NCBI GenBank assembly: GCA_012295275.1
Contig: CM022667.1
Span: 2,542,001-2,606,000, forward strand
Direction: 5' to 3'
Source: Chrysomallon squamiferum
Lineage: Eukaryota; Animalia; Mollusca
DNA: 64,000 bases
Of this stretch, positions 29,331 to 45,187 are shown piece by piece. Position numbers and translations under genes: made by a program. Every line of letters begins with the position of its first letter. Position 1 is the first letter of the stretch. Under the pieces are notes generated by a model, which saw only the letters and a program-made list of their open reading frames with translations, had not been told where the DNA came from and made no database searches.

Positions 29331-30394
29331 AAATGACACTGTAAAAATATAACATAGTTAAAAAATTCTTTCCCGGTAGATCTTTAGTAATATTTTACTA
29401 AAATAATCTTGTGTTTTAACGGGTTCTTCAGTTTTCTTAATCACGGCTAATAAATAACACACGGTATTTGCTGTGAGAACAAAATCTTTAGCGTGAGGAT
29501 GCATCCATTTGCTTTCCCCAGGGTGTACCCGAGACGAAGGAGAACTGTATGGCACTGTGATGCGGAAGAGGAAACAGGATGGACAAGAACTGATGTAATT
29601 GATGAGTATTTGCTTAATACAGCACTTCAGTATAATACACTGAAAGGTCAGTAGGTATCAAACATTTGATTTCTTTATAAAGGGAGATAGGGAACAATCA
29701 CTATAATCACAGATTAACAGCACGGCTTGTTTCGTCAGTACATTATTTATTTATTTATTTATTTATTTGTTTACTTACTTATTTATTTATTTATTTTCTT
29801 ACTTAGTTACTTATTTTTTTTTTTTTTTTTTTTATTTTTTTTTATTTACTGATTAAAACAAAGGAATTTTTTGTTTAATGAGATACAGAGCTTCAGCTGG
29901 AATAGGAAATAGCCCTATACGTGCATTTCAGAAAAATGTTCGCAACGCCCCATGATGTAATGAAAGCGGAAGGACGATCCAATCCAATCTCCTGGGGGGG
30001 GGAGATACGAACGGATGAGTTCGCAATAAGCCATTTCATTGTCAAGTTTAGTAGAAAAAAATGTGCACTCTTAGTGTTAGAAAAATTAAAACAACACTGT
30101 ACATAATCATGTAACATGAGTAGCTTTATTGTGGGTGTCACCTTTCATATATATATATACAGTGAAGCTTCAAATGCACATCACCTGATATTGGATATTA
30201 ATTCGAATGTTTTAAATTTATTATTATCCACTGCGTAAACAATTAGACAAATATAGAGTATATTAAATTCGTTATCTGCTTGTTAAACTCAGTGTTTATT
30301 CCAATTTTGCACTTTTGTATGCTAAAAAAAATCAGTTGTATTTTTTAAGTTTGCTCAGTCCTACTACAAATAACTGAACAAACCCTGTATTTTC

Positions 30395-30425
<31 letters not shown>

Positions 30426-30712
30426 CACAATTTCTTTGATATTGGATGCGTGTGTGTACAGGGAGGAGAATGAAATCTGAACCTACTACATATGCCAAAC
30501 GAACATGGACGGTAGGAGGGAGACAAAATATTTAGTTTTTTGTGTACGATCCCTGGCCAACAAATCACAGTCATATTAATATGACTCCTAACTTGTGTCG
30601 TTTTGCTTTTTAATCTCCGATTTACTATTACAGTGAGAACTGTACCTTATAATTTTATTCCTAGAAATAAATAAATAAATAAATAAATAAAAAAAAAAAA
30701 AAAAAAAAAAAA

Positions 30713-30790
<78 letters not shown>

Positions 30791-32489
30791 AATAGGAAGA
30801 ACAAGAAAGAAAGAAAAAGAAAACGAAAAACTAATGTTGACCAGGTTTTTAAAATTTTAACTTGGAAAAGGGGACACTTTTAGTGAAGACTATTTCTGAG
30901 GTATTAAATTTACTCGTTTCTAACTATTGTAATTAAATCGTAACTTTTAACCGCCTTTGTCAAACTCTTCACGTCCGCAAGTTTTATTCATGATTAATGA
31001 ATGATTAAATTAACATATACAACACGGAAACAAATTTGACGATTTATAGTTACTGTCTTTTTTATTTTTTTTATTTTTATTGTATATCCTATCTTGTAAA
31101 TGATAGTACGAGTATAATCTTTTATTTAATGTTTACAATATTATTAGGGTTACTGTTACTACTACTGCTGCAACTGCTGCTACCACCACTACTGGTAATA
31201 CTACTACTACTACAACCACAACTATTTCTGCGGGCAAGTATTACTACAACTACTTCTACTATTAGTACCACTGCTATTATATTATAACTGTTAAAGAGAA
31301 GAAGAACAGCAGTTGCAGTAATTGTTACTTTGATTATAGAAACTGGAATACTAGTAGTAGTAGTAGTCATAGCAGTAGTGGTAGTAGTAGTAAGCAGCAG
31401 AATAGAAGTAGTCGTAGCAGTAGTAGTACTAATAGTAGTAAGCAGAGGAATAGAAGAGTAGTAAATAGTAGTATAGGAATAGCAGTAGCAGAAGCAGTTG
31501 TATTAGCTGTAGTAGAGATAAATTAATTTTAAATTTCTTTCACACACACACACATTTACTTAGTTTATTAGCTGCTTTTCTTGTTTTATTATGTTTTCAG
31601 TCATTTATTAATTTATTTTTTATTATTATTATTTTTTTTTTTTTTTTTTTGAGGTTGTTGTTGTTTGCGTCGTCTTCGATGTTGTTCTGTTTTATTTTTC
31701 TTCTCTCAACAATAAAAACAACAACATTAAAAACCTAAACCATCCAAACAAATCATAGTCAACACGAAACGTCAAAACATCCATTAAGAAGAAAAAAAAA
31801 AAAAAAAGAAAAACGCAGAAAAAAAAAAAAAAAAAAAAAGAGTAAGATCACGCAAGACAGTTTGGTGATCGATTATTCAAGTGTGTGTTAGAAACTGTGT
31901 TTGTCTAAGATGCTTGGAGACAGATAATTCTGTTAAACAACACGATGTCTACTTCGTGATCGCCCTCATTCCGAGATGCCGACGGTAGAAAGCCATAACA
32001 TCGTCATGGCGAATTAGATTCCGCTACAACAACTGCCAGTGACTTGGAAAATCTTTATTACCTTATTAAGGAAAGGTCGTAAGAGACATTAGAGCTGTTT
32101 ACAGAAACCATTAACATGCTTAATTTTAACTTCTGAACAAATCAGACTCGGTGCAGGTTCCAGTGAAAATGGAAGGTTTATTTATTGCCAAGAGCGATAC
32201 GAAAATATTTGTGGCGCCGTTAAAGAATGCAGCGAAACAAAATTATTTTAGGGAAGGTTGTCATTTATGTCTTCTGCTTAATTAAGATATCGCAGTTATT
32301 CGAAGGTCCTGAAATTCCTATGCACTGTTTTATTACGATTATCAGTTTAATACTAATTTATGAAAACTATGCAACAGGAAAAAAAAGACCATTGAATTGG
32401 TAATTAGCTTTTTAATTATAATAAATATTTGTACAGTTTTTTCCTGTTTTAAAAATTTAGCATCATCATTATTGTTGTTGTTGTGGTTC

Positions 32490-32518
32490 TTTTCTTCTTC
32501 TTCTTCTTCTTCTTCATC

Positions 32519-32588
<70 letters not shown>
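32490..32588. repeat. Compound trinucleotide microsatellite (TTC)n(TTA)n(TTG)n
   Basis: Directly visible. Confidence 0.9.
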
Positions 32589-32589
<1 letters not shown>

Positions 32590-33087
32590 CTAGTTATTTA
32601 ATTATTTCAATGTTTATTTCACTTTTGGGTTGAATGCTTGACTATAAATAAATAAAAAATTTTTTTTTTTTTTTTTTTAAATATTAATGAGTGATTGCTG
32701 GTGAGAATTTCTGTCTCCCTATGTTATCATTACTACAATCAATGTTTATGTTTATTTAACCTGTCATTCGTTTCTGTCATCATTTGGTATTGTTATTATT
32801 TTGTTCTTCTAGAATTATCTAAACCCGATAGGAGGCGTCTTCTACAGGATCAACATTCAATCTTCACGTTATCCCATGACAGTACATTGTAAGAATAGCT
32901 TTTTTGTAGTATAATCTGTTAAAAGTACCTTGGGATGACCCATACTTGTCCTAGCGAGGTGACCTAGAATTGTGACAAACAACATTATTTTGTTAGTAAA
33001 GAACATTCAAGTCATGTGTACAAAGCGTAACCATACTCGTGATCTAACACAAAATAAATGATGTGTGTCACTCGTAATGGTCTTTAT

Positions 33088-33139
<52 letters not shown>

Positions 33140-33439
33140 ATGCATATATATCCAAGGCAAAAAAAAAAAAAAAAAAAAAACTTCTTAAGATACATAGCAC
33201 TGTTGTTGAAATATGCAGACATAATACGTACGCCCACATAAATCTAGAGGTAAATTTCTATAACTCTTTCGTTTGTTATTCTTTTAGCTAATATTATTGA
33301 CTTAGCTATTATTAGTAGTAGTAGCAGTATTATTATTATTATTATGCTGTTGTTGTTGTTGTTGTTGTAGAATGAACCTTAATACATCAGCATACAATTT
33401 CCATTTGTTTTAATTGTTGTTGTTTTTTGTGTTTTTTTA

Positions 33440-33495
<56 letters not shown>

Positions 33496-35318
33496 GTGGA
33501 GAAAGGTATTAAATATTAATTTAAGCATTCAGTATAGTACATTTTAATTTATCAATACTAAACACACTTCATGACAATAAACTAATGTTTTGAATTCTGT
33601 CTGCATGTCTGTTTGTTCAACCGGTATTACGTCACACGTAAAATAATGTAAACAATAGCCAGGACTGGAAAAGGTTCTCTGCATTTATTTATGTATCAGA
33701 AAACTATTCAAAAGTTAAAAACAAAAGAACAGTTGTCACAATATCTTAAATTCAAAATATAGAACAGTTAAAAATAGAACTGAAAAAAAATAGTATCTAA
33801 AATTTAACGATAACAAATAATTATTATTAAAAATAATAATAACAATCATAATAAAACAACAACAGAACAATGGCAACAACAGTAACATTAACAATAATTA
33901 TAAAAATGAAAAAAAAGAAAATAATAATACTAATATTTAAAAATAAATAAATAAAGATACCGAAAAGGTCTAATATTTCTTTGTATTTTAAAGATGAAAC
34001 TTTGCCATTGTTTTAATTTAATTATTTCTAAATAACAATTGTGTAGTGTTTGGTATAATTATGAAAGTGTCGATTTGTCTAATAAATAAATGAAATAACA
34101 ATTATATTAATGACACCCCAAGAATATTGCATATTTTGAAGAAATTTAATATATATATATATGAAAAAGTCACAGTAATTATTTCTCTGATCTTTATTTT
34201 TAAACACACACAAACACATACAAAAATATATGTGCACACACGATTTTTTATTTATATACATATGTATTTGATAGTTACATATTTAAAACACATAAGCATG
34301 AATATTTTAACGTCCAGATATTAAAATTAATCATTTTTAAGGCCACATAAAATAAAATGTATGATTCTAATGATACATATCCATCCATGTAATATATATT
34401 TTATAATTTATATTAACAATTTGGGGGAAAAAAAAATATCTGTTCTCAAAGTCATTTAAATGTTAATATTTCGAATTTTGTATATTAAAACTGTACTGAA
34501 AAAAAGAATCAGTTTAAACTGAATACTTAGTAGCTACGTGCAGTAAACGAAATATTATTTTGATTTATTGTGAACGACACAAATTTCTAATTAATGTTTT
34601 TTTTTACATATGAAAAGCTTCCCGTCGCTGATGAGAATCAGTTTCATTTTATTGGTGACTTTTTGTTAAAAATCAACGTTAATGTTGATGAATTTATCAC
34701 AGTCTGCATTTATTTAGGTCAACCTGGATTTTGCTCATGTATCCATAATTATGGGCTGTTAGCAACCTTAAACTATTTCTCTACAAACTGACTTACATAA
34801 CACTAAAGCGATAGAAAGCTTTGCCACTCTGGGTCTATATTTAGAATGAAAACATATTCTATATTTAAATGCTCTGCTTACATCATTTCGTTCTTAACCC
34901 AGACAAGTGACATAAAAAGGAAACAGCGCGCTGGCCACGTGTCATTTATATACATATTTTAAAAACAACGCTTACGTTATGAAATTTTATGATGAGGTAA
35001 TCGCATAGTTATTTTTGAAAAATGTTATGTTTATTTATTTATTTTATTTTTTTCATTTTTTTTATTTTTTTCATTTATTATTTATTTTATTTTATTTATT
35101 TTATTTTATTTTTTTTATTTTTATTTTTTCAGATTAAGTAACAGATATACAAGCGAAAAACGTAATGAACACAATACACATATCTAAGTATTTTATTCTT
35201 GATATCAACAATGTATCATAAATTTTAATGAAGCTAAGCCGATTAAGTCGTGTCTTTATCCGATCCGATTAATTCAATTTGTGCTTTTTTTTTTTGGTAA
35301 ACAGTTTAAAAAAGACGG

Positions 35319-35320
<2 letters not shown>

Positions 35321-35391
<71 letters not shown>
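35321..35391. repeat. (GT)n microsatellite
   Basis: Directly visible. Confidence 0.95.
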
Positions 35392-35392
<1 letters not shown>

Positions 35393-35835
35393 TTAGATAT
35401 TTTTTTACATGATGTGCTAAAAAAATAAAACAAAATATTGTGAAATTATTAACAGATAAATTCTGTCATTAACTATTAATATCAACATTAATAATCCATA
35501 CATCCGGTTAGTACCGGAAAAATCCAGTGTTTTCTTTTTCAGTACACGTATACATAAATGTTACTCAATAAAGGACAAAGTTCTTTCAATATTTCTTACT
35601 GGCCTTGACGGCTTACATTTCTTTTTTTTCTTCTTCTTTCTTCTTTTTTTTTTTTTTTTTTTTTATTTTTTTTTTAATACATATATTGTTGCTCGTGTTG
35701 TAGACTGTACAATGTCTATTACTGGAAAATAAATACATATGTAAATGTCGACTAGAGATAATCGTACTTTCCGCCAAGGTCACCATTATGTATCACCATT
35801 GGATTTTCTTTTAATTATGCTTGGATTTAGTTTAA

Positions 35836-35837
<2 letters not shown>

Positions 35838-35917
<80 letters not shown>
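35838..35917. repeat. (AAT)n microsatellite
   Basis: Directly visible. Confidence 0.95.
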
Positions 35918-35920
<3 letters not shown>

Positions 35921-36152
35921 TTAATAATATGTAATAGAATCTAGAAATAATAGAAAAAAAAAAAAACGAAAAAAAAAAAACGAACTTCCTTGATGGTGGC
36001 GACAAAGTACTTTATCTCAGATTATATACTGCTTCCTCATTTCAGTTTCAATAACAACAGCAACAATAAAAAAAAAAAAAAGATCTATTAGATATTTGGA
36101 AAACTGATCAAATACCCAGTGTGGATTCGTAAAACAACAACAACAGCAACGA

Positions 36153-36195
<43 letters not shown>

Positions 36196-36232
36196 TAATA
36201 ATTTGTTCGTAAAACAACAACAACAGCAACGA

Positions 36233-36264
<32 letters not shown>

Positions 36265-36322
36265 AAGATTAATAATAATAATTATAATAATAATTTGTAT
36301 TTAATTATATTGTCTTAATTAT

Positions 36323-36391
<69 letters not shown>

Positions 36392-37095
36392 AGAGAGAGA
36401 ATGGATTACTGGAAGATTTCAGAATGGGAAATAACCATAGGGTTAGACTAATATAAGCATAAAATAAACATGGTGCACAACAAACGAAAATATCTAATAT
36501 TTTTACTAGAAATAAAATTAACCTATCAGACCAGCGGCAGAGCAGACGACAAAAAAAAAAGCGTCTGCTGGAATTACTGTTATCATAATAGTGTAAACTG
36601 CCTATGTAATATCTCTAGCAAACATTTTTAATGCAAATGTATTCGTGAACACTTACATTCAGTTTCACCCCAACCCACTGCCTATTTCGAGGCCTGGTAA
36701 ATGAATTATCATTCACTATATTTTTAAGCATTCGTCCATTAGTTATTGTGCATGGCACGCGCTAATGGTGACGTAACTCGCAGATAATGTAGTCGGGCGA
36801 ATCGTGTCAGTAGGCCAACCTGAAATACAGTTCGTCGAAAGGTCAGGCTAATTACGGCTGAATGTCTTAAAGGTACTCAACATCTATTAAAGCCTTTCGA
36901 GTCCAGTAAAATATTTATTTATACAAAAAAAAAAAAAAAAAAAAAAAAATCTGTTGTTTTATTTATTTATTTTATTTTATTTTATTTTTATTTTTTTCAG
37001 TTCAGTTGTGTTGGTTAAATAGTTATGTTTTTTAATTTCCTCCTTTATTTTGTTAACATTAACAATGTTTTACAGGCATGCTCACCCCCCCCGCG

Positions 37096-37158
<63 letters not shown>

Positions 37159-37713
37159 GCACACACTGATATCTGTCATCTAACTTTTTTTTTCAATTTA
37201 GTGTCTGTATTAGTTTTAGTTTTAGAACCAATAATGGCTAGCTGGCTTTTTCCGTTATTCTTTTTTTTTTTTCAGTCTGTGAAAATAAGTTTAGCAGCGC
37301 AAAACACAAAGCAGACGTGAACATTTTATAGTGTGATCCAACAACTAATAAATACACACTGCAGGGTGAAGTAAACAGGGAAAGAAAAACATTTATTAAA
37401 AATCACTGAACCAGTTTGAGTTTTCTTTTGTTCGCTAAATAAAGAAAGAAGAAAAAGAAGACGAAAGATAACAAAAACGTAGGCTAACTCGTGAGAAAAA
37501 CAGTTAACAATAAAAGAAGGAAGAGAAAAATATGTACCATAGTTGTGTTCGTTAAACACGCACAAAATGAACGCATGCATGCATCCATACACACACACAT
37601 TCACACACACACGCACACACCCCACGATGAACAAATGCTGTATGTGTCTGTTATTAAACAAACATTATCAAAATACCCGACAATACAGAAGAAATCATTT
37701 TTAGGATTATACA

Positions 37714-37860
37714 TGTATGTATGTATGTATGTATGTATGTATGTATGTATGTATGTATGTATGTATGTATGTATGTATGTATGTATGTATGTATGTATGT
37801 ATGTATGTACGTATGTATGTACGTATGTATGTATTGTATGTATATATGTATGTATGTATT
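37714..37860. repeat. (TATG)n tetranucleotide microsatellite
   Basis: Directly visible; source of the MYVC/IHTY pseudo-ORFs. Confidence 0.95.
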
Positions 37861-37927
37861 TATACACACAGTTCCTATATCTAACAGCAGTATTTTCTCT
37901 AATAAGTGAGCCATATTTATGTGCTTT

Positions 37928-37988
<61 letters not shown>

Positions 37989-38479
37989 TTATACACATAC
38001 ATACATACATAAATATATTTACTTTGTTAGAAACATTTGAACCTTATTAATCGGTTAGACCAGATCAAGCGCTGGAAATAACAAAAATGAAGGACTATGT
38101 AGATAGATAGATAGATAGATAGATAGATCGATAGAGAGATAGATATACATGAGATAAAGTTTAGAAATAGCGACCCGGTTGTTAATGTAAATATAGTTAT
38201 TGTTCTCTGTAGGTCACAGGTTCTGTTGTGAATGAAAAGGTCAAGGTCCCGTGATCATGACAGACCTACATGACTCTTCTGTCTGAGTTTCTTTTCATAT
38301 TAAAATCATTGTATACGTTTACAGAGATAAGAGTTAAAAAAAAAAAAAAATAAAGAAATAGTCCGGTACGTTTGCTCTAAGAAATTCTAAATGCATGTGT
38401 ATAATTTGTTGTTTTAAATAAACAGGAATATGATTAACGTTGCACGCAGGTTTCGTTTTAATTGGTTGTATTCTCTAAG

Positions 38480-38530
<51 letters not shown>

Positions 38531-39090
38531 ATACTGAATGTAGATAAACAACAGAAATAACTGTTCATATCTGATTATTTTTAAGTCAGAGTACAGTTAT
38601 TTAGTTCAGATATCAGTATTCATTAGGTCTTCTGATTTGTATCAAACAGTTAAAAACATACACGCATACCCACATACACATATATATATATATATATTAA
38701 AACTAAGATTTGAAAGCAAAGTACATACACAAAAAAACCGCAAAATTTCTTTTCTTTCTTCTTTTTCTTTTTCGTTTTTAAAACTGACGAATAACAATAT
38801 TATTATTATTACTACTACTACAATTACTACGTCTATTACTCTACCGCTACTACCACCTACTATTAATGGTTTTTGTTTATTTTATTTTGTTTTGTTTTAT
38901 TTTATTTTATTTTATTTTATTTATTATTTTCAACCCACCACTTTTTTAATTTTGTCTAGGACATCCTTGGAAAAAAGATAAATAAAAGGGAAGTCGGTAG
39001 CTTTGTAGGTTAGTCAGTCTGTGAAATATTCATAAAAGAATAGACGTAAAACTGTAAAAAAAAAAAAATAAATAAATAAATAAAAAAAAA

Positions 39091-39124
<34 letters not shown>

Positions 39125-39626
39125 CATTAAAAGCTTATAACAAAAAGCCTTTGGAGATTTTATTCTTACTTTTTTTTTTGTTTTTTTTTTTTAATTACAC
39201 TTTTTTGTGTCTGTATCTGTGTTTGTGTGTGTGTGTGTGTGTGTTTTGTTATTTCGTTTTTTTTTCTCTCATGGTTAATATTTAATTAGCTATCTCGGTG
39301 CAGTTTGATTTATGTTTCTACCTCTTGCATCAAAAGACCCAGGCACCCTTGTTGTCGTTTTGATCTGTTAAACAGAGATTAGTTTACAAGAACATTATTC
39401 TGAGAAAAAAAAAAAAAAGACTAGAGTTACCATTAGGATTTGCACCGACGATTACTGGTGCATTAAAGACACTTCATTATAGCTTGATGATAAAATATAG
39501 CCCTCAAGTTATTGCCTGTATGACCTATTCCCGCGTATTCAGCTGGTACCCACGATCAGAAATGATACGTCAGTCCGAAAAAAAAAACTTAAAATAAATC
39601 TCTGAGCACGAGAAGAAACAGAGCAT

Positions 39627-39658
<32 letters not shown>

Positions 39659-41017
39659 GTACGCTGGGAAGTAAATTTATTTTAGGCCGTATCCATGATC
39701 TGTAAAGAAATGAAAGCATGAAAATTTGAGTTTTAAATCAGCAACAATAACAAAAACAGTGCATGTACACAAACTTACAGAACTGTCAAAAAAACGACAA
39801 AGAAATTATAATAATAATTTTTTTTTTTTTTTTTAATTAAAAAAAAGAAAAGAGAAGAAACATTATTAAAAATTAAAAAATTTAAAATTTAAAATTTAAA
39901 AAAAAATTTAAAAAACAGAAAGAAAAAAAAAAAAAAAAAAAAAAAAAAAGAAGAAGAAAAAGTACAGAGCTTTTTCACAAGAACATAATCAGTTTTCCGA
40001 GATCAGAGCTGTTTCTCACAGATATAACTATCTCTTGTTCAGTGGAAGCCGCAATCGGGAAAATAGCAATATCTTGCAAAAAAACATAAAAATAAAATAA
40101 ATAAATAAATTAAAAAAAAAAAAAAATAAAAATTCTAACATTTAAACCCGAAAATAGAGCAGACATTCAAATGAGAAATAAATCTTGGTCGCGGTTTCAT
40201 CTCAGAAGATATTTTTTTATATAATCTTTTTTTTTTTTTTTTTTTATCTGTATGAATTTCAGATATCGGTACGTGAAATGTCCCTTTACGTAATTTTTCT
40301 GTTCAGAGGGAAGTCTGCTACAGAATGGCTCAGGTTTCTATAAATGATAAGAACAGCTTATGATATGTATTGTTTTCTCTTTAAACATTAACAGATGAGT
40401 TGTCTTGGCATCTGAAATGCTAACCCAGACAATAATATGGGGAGAGAAGGTTGCTTTGCGCTTAATCACTTTCCGTGACTGACAATGTTAGGGTTTTATG
40501 ATTGTTTCCACATACTGCTCGTTCCAGTTACTACATCTTAAGCATTTTTTATTTTTTTTATTTTTTTATTATTATTATTTTTAAAGTATTGTGAATGGGT
40601 ATATCTCCACATATACAACAATTACCAATATCTGCATCTTAAATAAAAATAAAAGAAATTTTCTTAAATAGCTCTTTTATTATCTGTTCAAATATTAGTA
40701 AAATTTCAAAATTTTCCAAATATATTCCTGTTTCTCTCTGTAAGCTGTTTTCTTCTACTGGTAATACCAGAATCCTGGGATAAATTAGAAAACCTTTAAC
40801 CACATATTTTTCATATACAAAATATAGAAAAACATTATTTTGATTTTAGTATTTTTTATGTTTTATTATTTTATTTATTTATTTTATTTATTTTATTTTT
40901 TTATTTTATTATATTTTATTTATTTATTTTTGTAAATGTCTTCATTGTTTTCAAAATAATGATGATGCTAAAGGAATAAAACAGATATTTAAATTCACGA
41001 CTTGAATAACACGTTTT

Positions 41018-41059
<42 letters not shown>

Positions 41060-42574
41060 CTGTTGTTGTTTTGTGACATTTTTTTTTTTTTTTTCCTGTC
41101 AAGAATAGATTCGTCTTGGTTACACTGACACAGCCACACACACACATATGTATATATGTAAAATCCCTATTGTACCATACATACTTATCTTTTCTATTCT
41201 GTTATGCATAAAGATTATAGTTTAAGTCCTCTGATAACTTTATATGGCAGCTCTACACTAAATATATATAAAGAAAGTAATTTAGTGGCAGCAGATAAGA
41301 GTGTTTACAAAAAATTATTTCGGTCACACATTACAACCAATCAGAGTTGTCGTTTTATTCACTCCTTGTTGACCTGAGCGAAAATGTCAACAACACTGCC
41401 AAAAATGTATTTGTAAATTTACGCATGTGAGTATGTGTTTAGGACTTCGTGCGTCAATTAATGGGGTTATGTGTGACGTATGAGTGTGTATGTGTCTCTT
41501 TCTATGCCGTTACTCGTGTCTGAAAGTTACAAAAATCAGTATTTCGTGAATCTGTTTCCACCATTGTTACGTTAAAAAAAAAAGGTAATTTTTTTTCGTT
41601 TCTTTCATTTCTCGGATGAATTTCAACAAGAATGAAAAAACAAGGTCATTGTGGACAACGAGCACCATATCTACTCTATTCAGACTTGCAAGTAAACCAT
41701 TACCTGTGATAACAAATAAACAATACGTGCTATTTTTTTTTTTACTCGAGCCATACAACCCACGCACACTACTGATATCCACAGTGTGGAAGATTGTGTT
41801 TCGCATTTTCCAAGCGAGTTAGCAGTAAAAACTGTATCCCTGAAACTCAACACTCTGTCCAAGCTAATGTTAAACGCAATAACATGTTCAGAATTCCTGT
41901 ACATGCGCAAAGCAGCAAATGCTGTGATATTTTTACGTCTAACAGATAGAGGTTAATTTACCTCTGTGTTTATCTTCAGGTAGAACATTTTTTCGCGCAA
42001 TATATAGCTCCCGCCAGAAACACCATATGCTATTACTGGTTCACTCCTTCGGAAATCAGCCTCAAGGTTATTTCCCGTTCTAGATAGCGTTCGACGATAG
42101 AGTTATGCAAAGTCTGTTTTATGTGATACCGTATCTAGTTATAGCAGATTATTAATAGAAACCAACAGAGCTTAGTTGTGTGTTTTTTTTTTTACAAAAA
42201 GAGAAAAATAAAAAATAAAAGAATGTAAATGTGTATCGAATGGTTTTTAGCATATTATGCATGCACAAACACAAACGCATACAAACAAACACATATACTC
42301 TTACATACACACACACACACACACACGTACATAATACATACGTAATACAGTTAAAAAAAAACACTCATACAGACGTACACATCTACATGTATTTTAAGAC
42401 TAAGATTTGAAAGCAAAGTACATATACAAAAGAACACAAAAACCTACATTTAAATCGTATATAATAGATAGATAGATAATTATCTCGTATGTGTATGTGC
42501 TTCATTTTGAGAAAGAGAGCCATAATGATTTTATCATATATGCAGCCTAGCACATATATCTCTGTTTCCTACTA

Positions 42575-42697
<123 letters not shown>

Positions 42698-42901
42698 TTT
42701 GTTAAGATGAGTGATGCAACAGCACTGAACCAGAATAACGGGGCTGTGTACCTGTAAGCTTACACATCAAAAGATGACGAAGATAGCGAACTAGCGAGGT
42801 TATCACTCTGCTTTAGGTAAACGTAGACAAGCGTGAAGATGCGCGCATCTGGAAAGAAGCATCGACAGATCTTGCTAAGCATTTTCTGCATATCTCGTTT
42901 C

Positions 42902-42937
<36 letters not shown>

Positions 42938-43011
42938 GTTATAATAATAATAATAATAATAATAGTTATAATAATAATAATAATAATAGTAATAAGAATA
43001 ATAATAATAGT

Positions 43012-43042
<31 letters not shown>

Positions 43043-43044
43043 GT

Positions 43045-43083
<39 letters not shown>

Positions 43084-43095
43084 TATAGTAATAAC
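42902..43095. repeat. Interrupted (AAT)n array with periodic AGTT variants
   Basis: Directly visible. Confidence 0.9.
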
Positions 43096-43338
43096 AACAA
43101 CAACTCCAACAATAATAAAAGGCTTACATGAATCGTTTGTTTCGGTCCCTGTAATATAATGGCGGCATTAGTTTCTTTATCACGAAGTAAAGAACAGTCT
43201 AATGACATTGCTGAATTACCCTACCTTGACATTCATTTTAATATAAATAAATAAATAAATGACAATGACACGGACAGGTCCATAATATAAAAAATTGAGA
43301 TACGGTCGCGGTGTAGAGCACACTGTAATTTTTTTTTT

Positions 43339-43382
<44 letters not shown>

Positions 43383-43438
43383 GAAGACAAATTCACCGAT
43401 ACGTATTCAACAAGAAAAAAAATTGAAGATAAATACTC

Positions 43439-43498
<60 letters not shown>

Positions 43499-44773
43499 TT
43501 AAAAAAATAATAATAATAATAAGTTTTCAAAAAATACAATCTTACGTTATTAACATTCATCTTAATAAAAAAAAAAAAAAAACCTACAAAAATACAAACA
43601 AATATAATAAAAAAAGAAAATTGAAAAAAGAAAAATACGATAAGTAAACATTTTCGCTTCAAAAATAGACGCTGTAAAATTCCTGAGGCGTTCTGCAAAA
43701 CCCTGTCTGAGAGAAACCAAATTAAGATCGTAACACGCGGGAACCTGTCATAAATGAAATGGACTAAGCAACAAAGAGATAGTGTTTACATCGTTAGGAG
43801 CGACTTAGACGGGAAATGTCGCTGTTTGGCCGGCAGTCGTGTATTTCGTCTCCAGACTTTTTCCTGCAGAAAGTTAATCTTTTATTGATTTGTTCTCGGT
43901 CCAGTAATGAATGATGGAATGTTGTAGATAAACTGCATGCTATATAAAAAAAAAAAAAAAAAATATATATATATTCAAAGCGTTTGTCTGTGTATAAAAG
44001 CGTAAATAAATAGAAGTGATTGTGTTGATAGTGTAGTAGTAGTAGAAGTAGTGGTAGCAAAAGTTGAAGTAGCAGTAGGAGTAGCAGCAATAGTTTAACT
44101 AATAATCAATGAATCAGTCATTTTCTTATTTTTACCGCGCAGTTTCTAGCTTCAGATATTTTATTTTATTTTATTTTTAGGTCTGGTAGGTTTTTCTCCC
44201 ATCTCTACGTAATTACGTCACGATACGAGAATAATCATGGCTATCGTCTACCTCCTGAAAAATAATTTGCTATTTTAATTTATGCTTTGTTATTAATGGA
44301 TATATAACAACAACAATAATAATAATAACAACAACAAAAACAGAATAATAAAAAAAAAAAAACTTTTGAAAAATACAAATTTATTCAGGTCGCTTGTTGC
44401 AATCATGGGAGGATTTTTTTTTGTAACATTAGCTACAATAGTGATTAAACAACTGACGCCGTAAATGACCATTATGAATCACTGGGGCGTTAATAGTATT
44501 TATAAAATAAACAAACAAAAAGAATAAAAAAAAAAATAACAAAGGCTAAGCAATTGAAAAAGAAGTAGAACATTTTTTTTTTTTTTTTTTTTTCGGAAGA
44601 ATGAATAAGTGATAAAGCGCGTACGAACGTAATACTATCTACACAAAAACCGTGCATTATTATTATAACGTGAATCTTCTGGCTAAATCAAGAACCAGAC
44701 TGCAAGCCAGAGAGACATTATCTATAAATATAATGGCACAGTGATATATTCAGGCGATAACTGATATTATTCA

Positions 44774-44941
44774 TTAGGGGCGGATCTACGAATACAGAAA
44801 GGGGGGGTGGAATACTCCGTGGAGTGCAATCTATGTCTGTTAAAATATATTTTACCTCTAATGCAAACTTTTAAGAATAAGATCGAAGAGATGGTCCCTG
44901 TCTCTGACGTAACGAGGCACGCAACCCCAGGATCGGTGCAG
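44774..44941. mobile_element. Possible degenerate PIF/Harbinger-like MITE
   Basis: Starts TTAGGGGCGGATCTA (Harbinger-type TIR after a TTA); the far end CAGGATCGGTGCAG is only a weak inverted match. Confidence 0.3.
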
Positions 44942-45155
44942 ATTATTATTATGAAAAAAATAAATAGAAAAAAAAATGTATATTTATTGAGCTGCAGTCA
45001 CATATTGTGATGACATGAACGGTATGAAATATAACACTGACACTGGGATATACCAACACGTAGTCACACGTGTTAGTTCAGCCAGTGCATATTGTTTTTT
45101 TGTTTTGTTTTCAGTTGTTTTATTTTTTTTTTAATAATTGTTATTGTTATTGTTA

Positions 45156-45187
<32 letters not shown>

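Noticed and set aside
36128-36260. Short direct repeats with spacers (also 1768-1809 and 26850-26888) as CRISPR-like arrays
   Set aside because: Two-copy local tandem duplications in eukaryotic DNA; no unique spacers and no cas genes.
37491-38012. 173-aa ORF with MYVC repeats and antisense IHTY ORFs
   Set aside because: Translation of the (TATG)n and (GT)n microsatellites; no coding signal.
41567-41960. Overlapping 68-79 aa ORFs in a non-repetitive island
   Set aside because: No recognisable protein motif or consistent splice structure in any frame.
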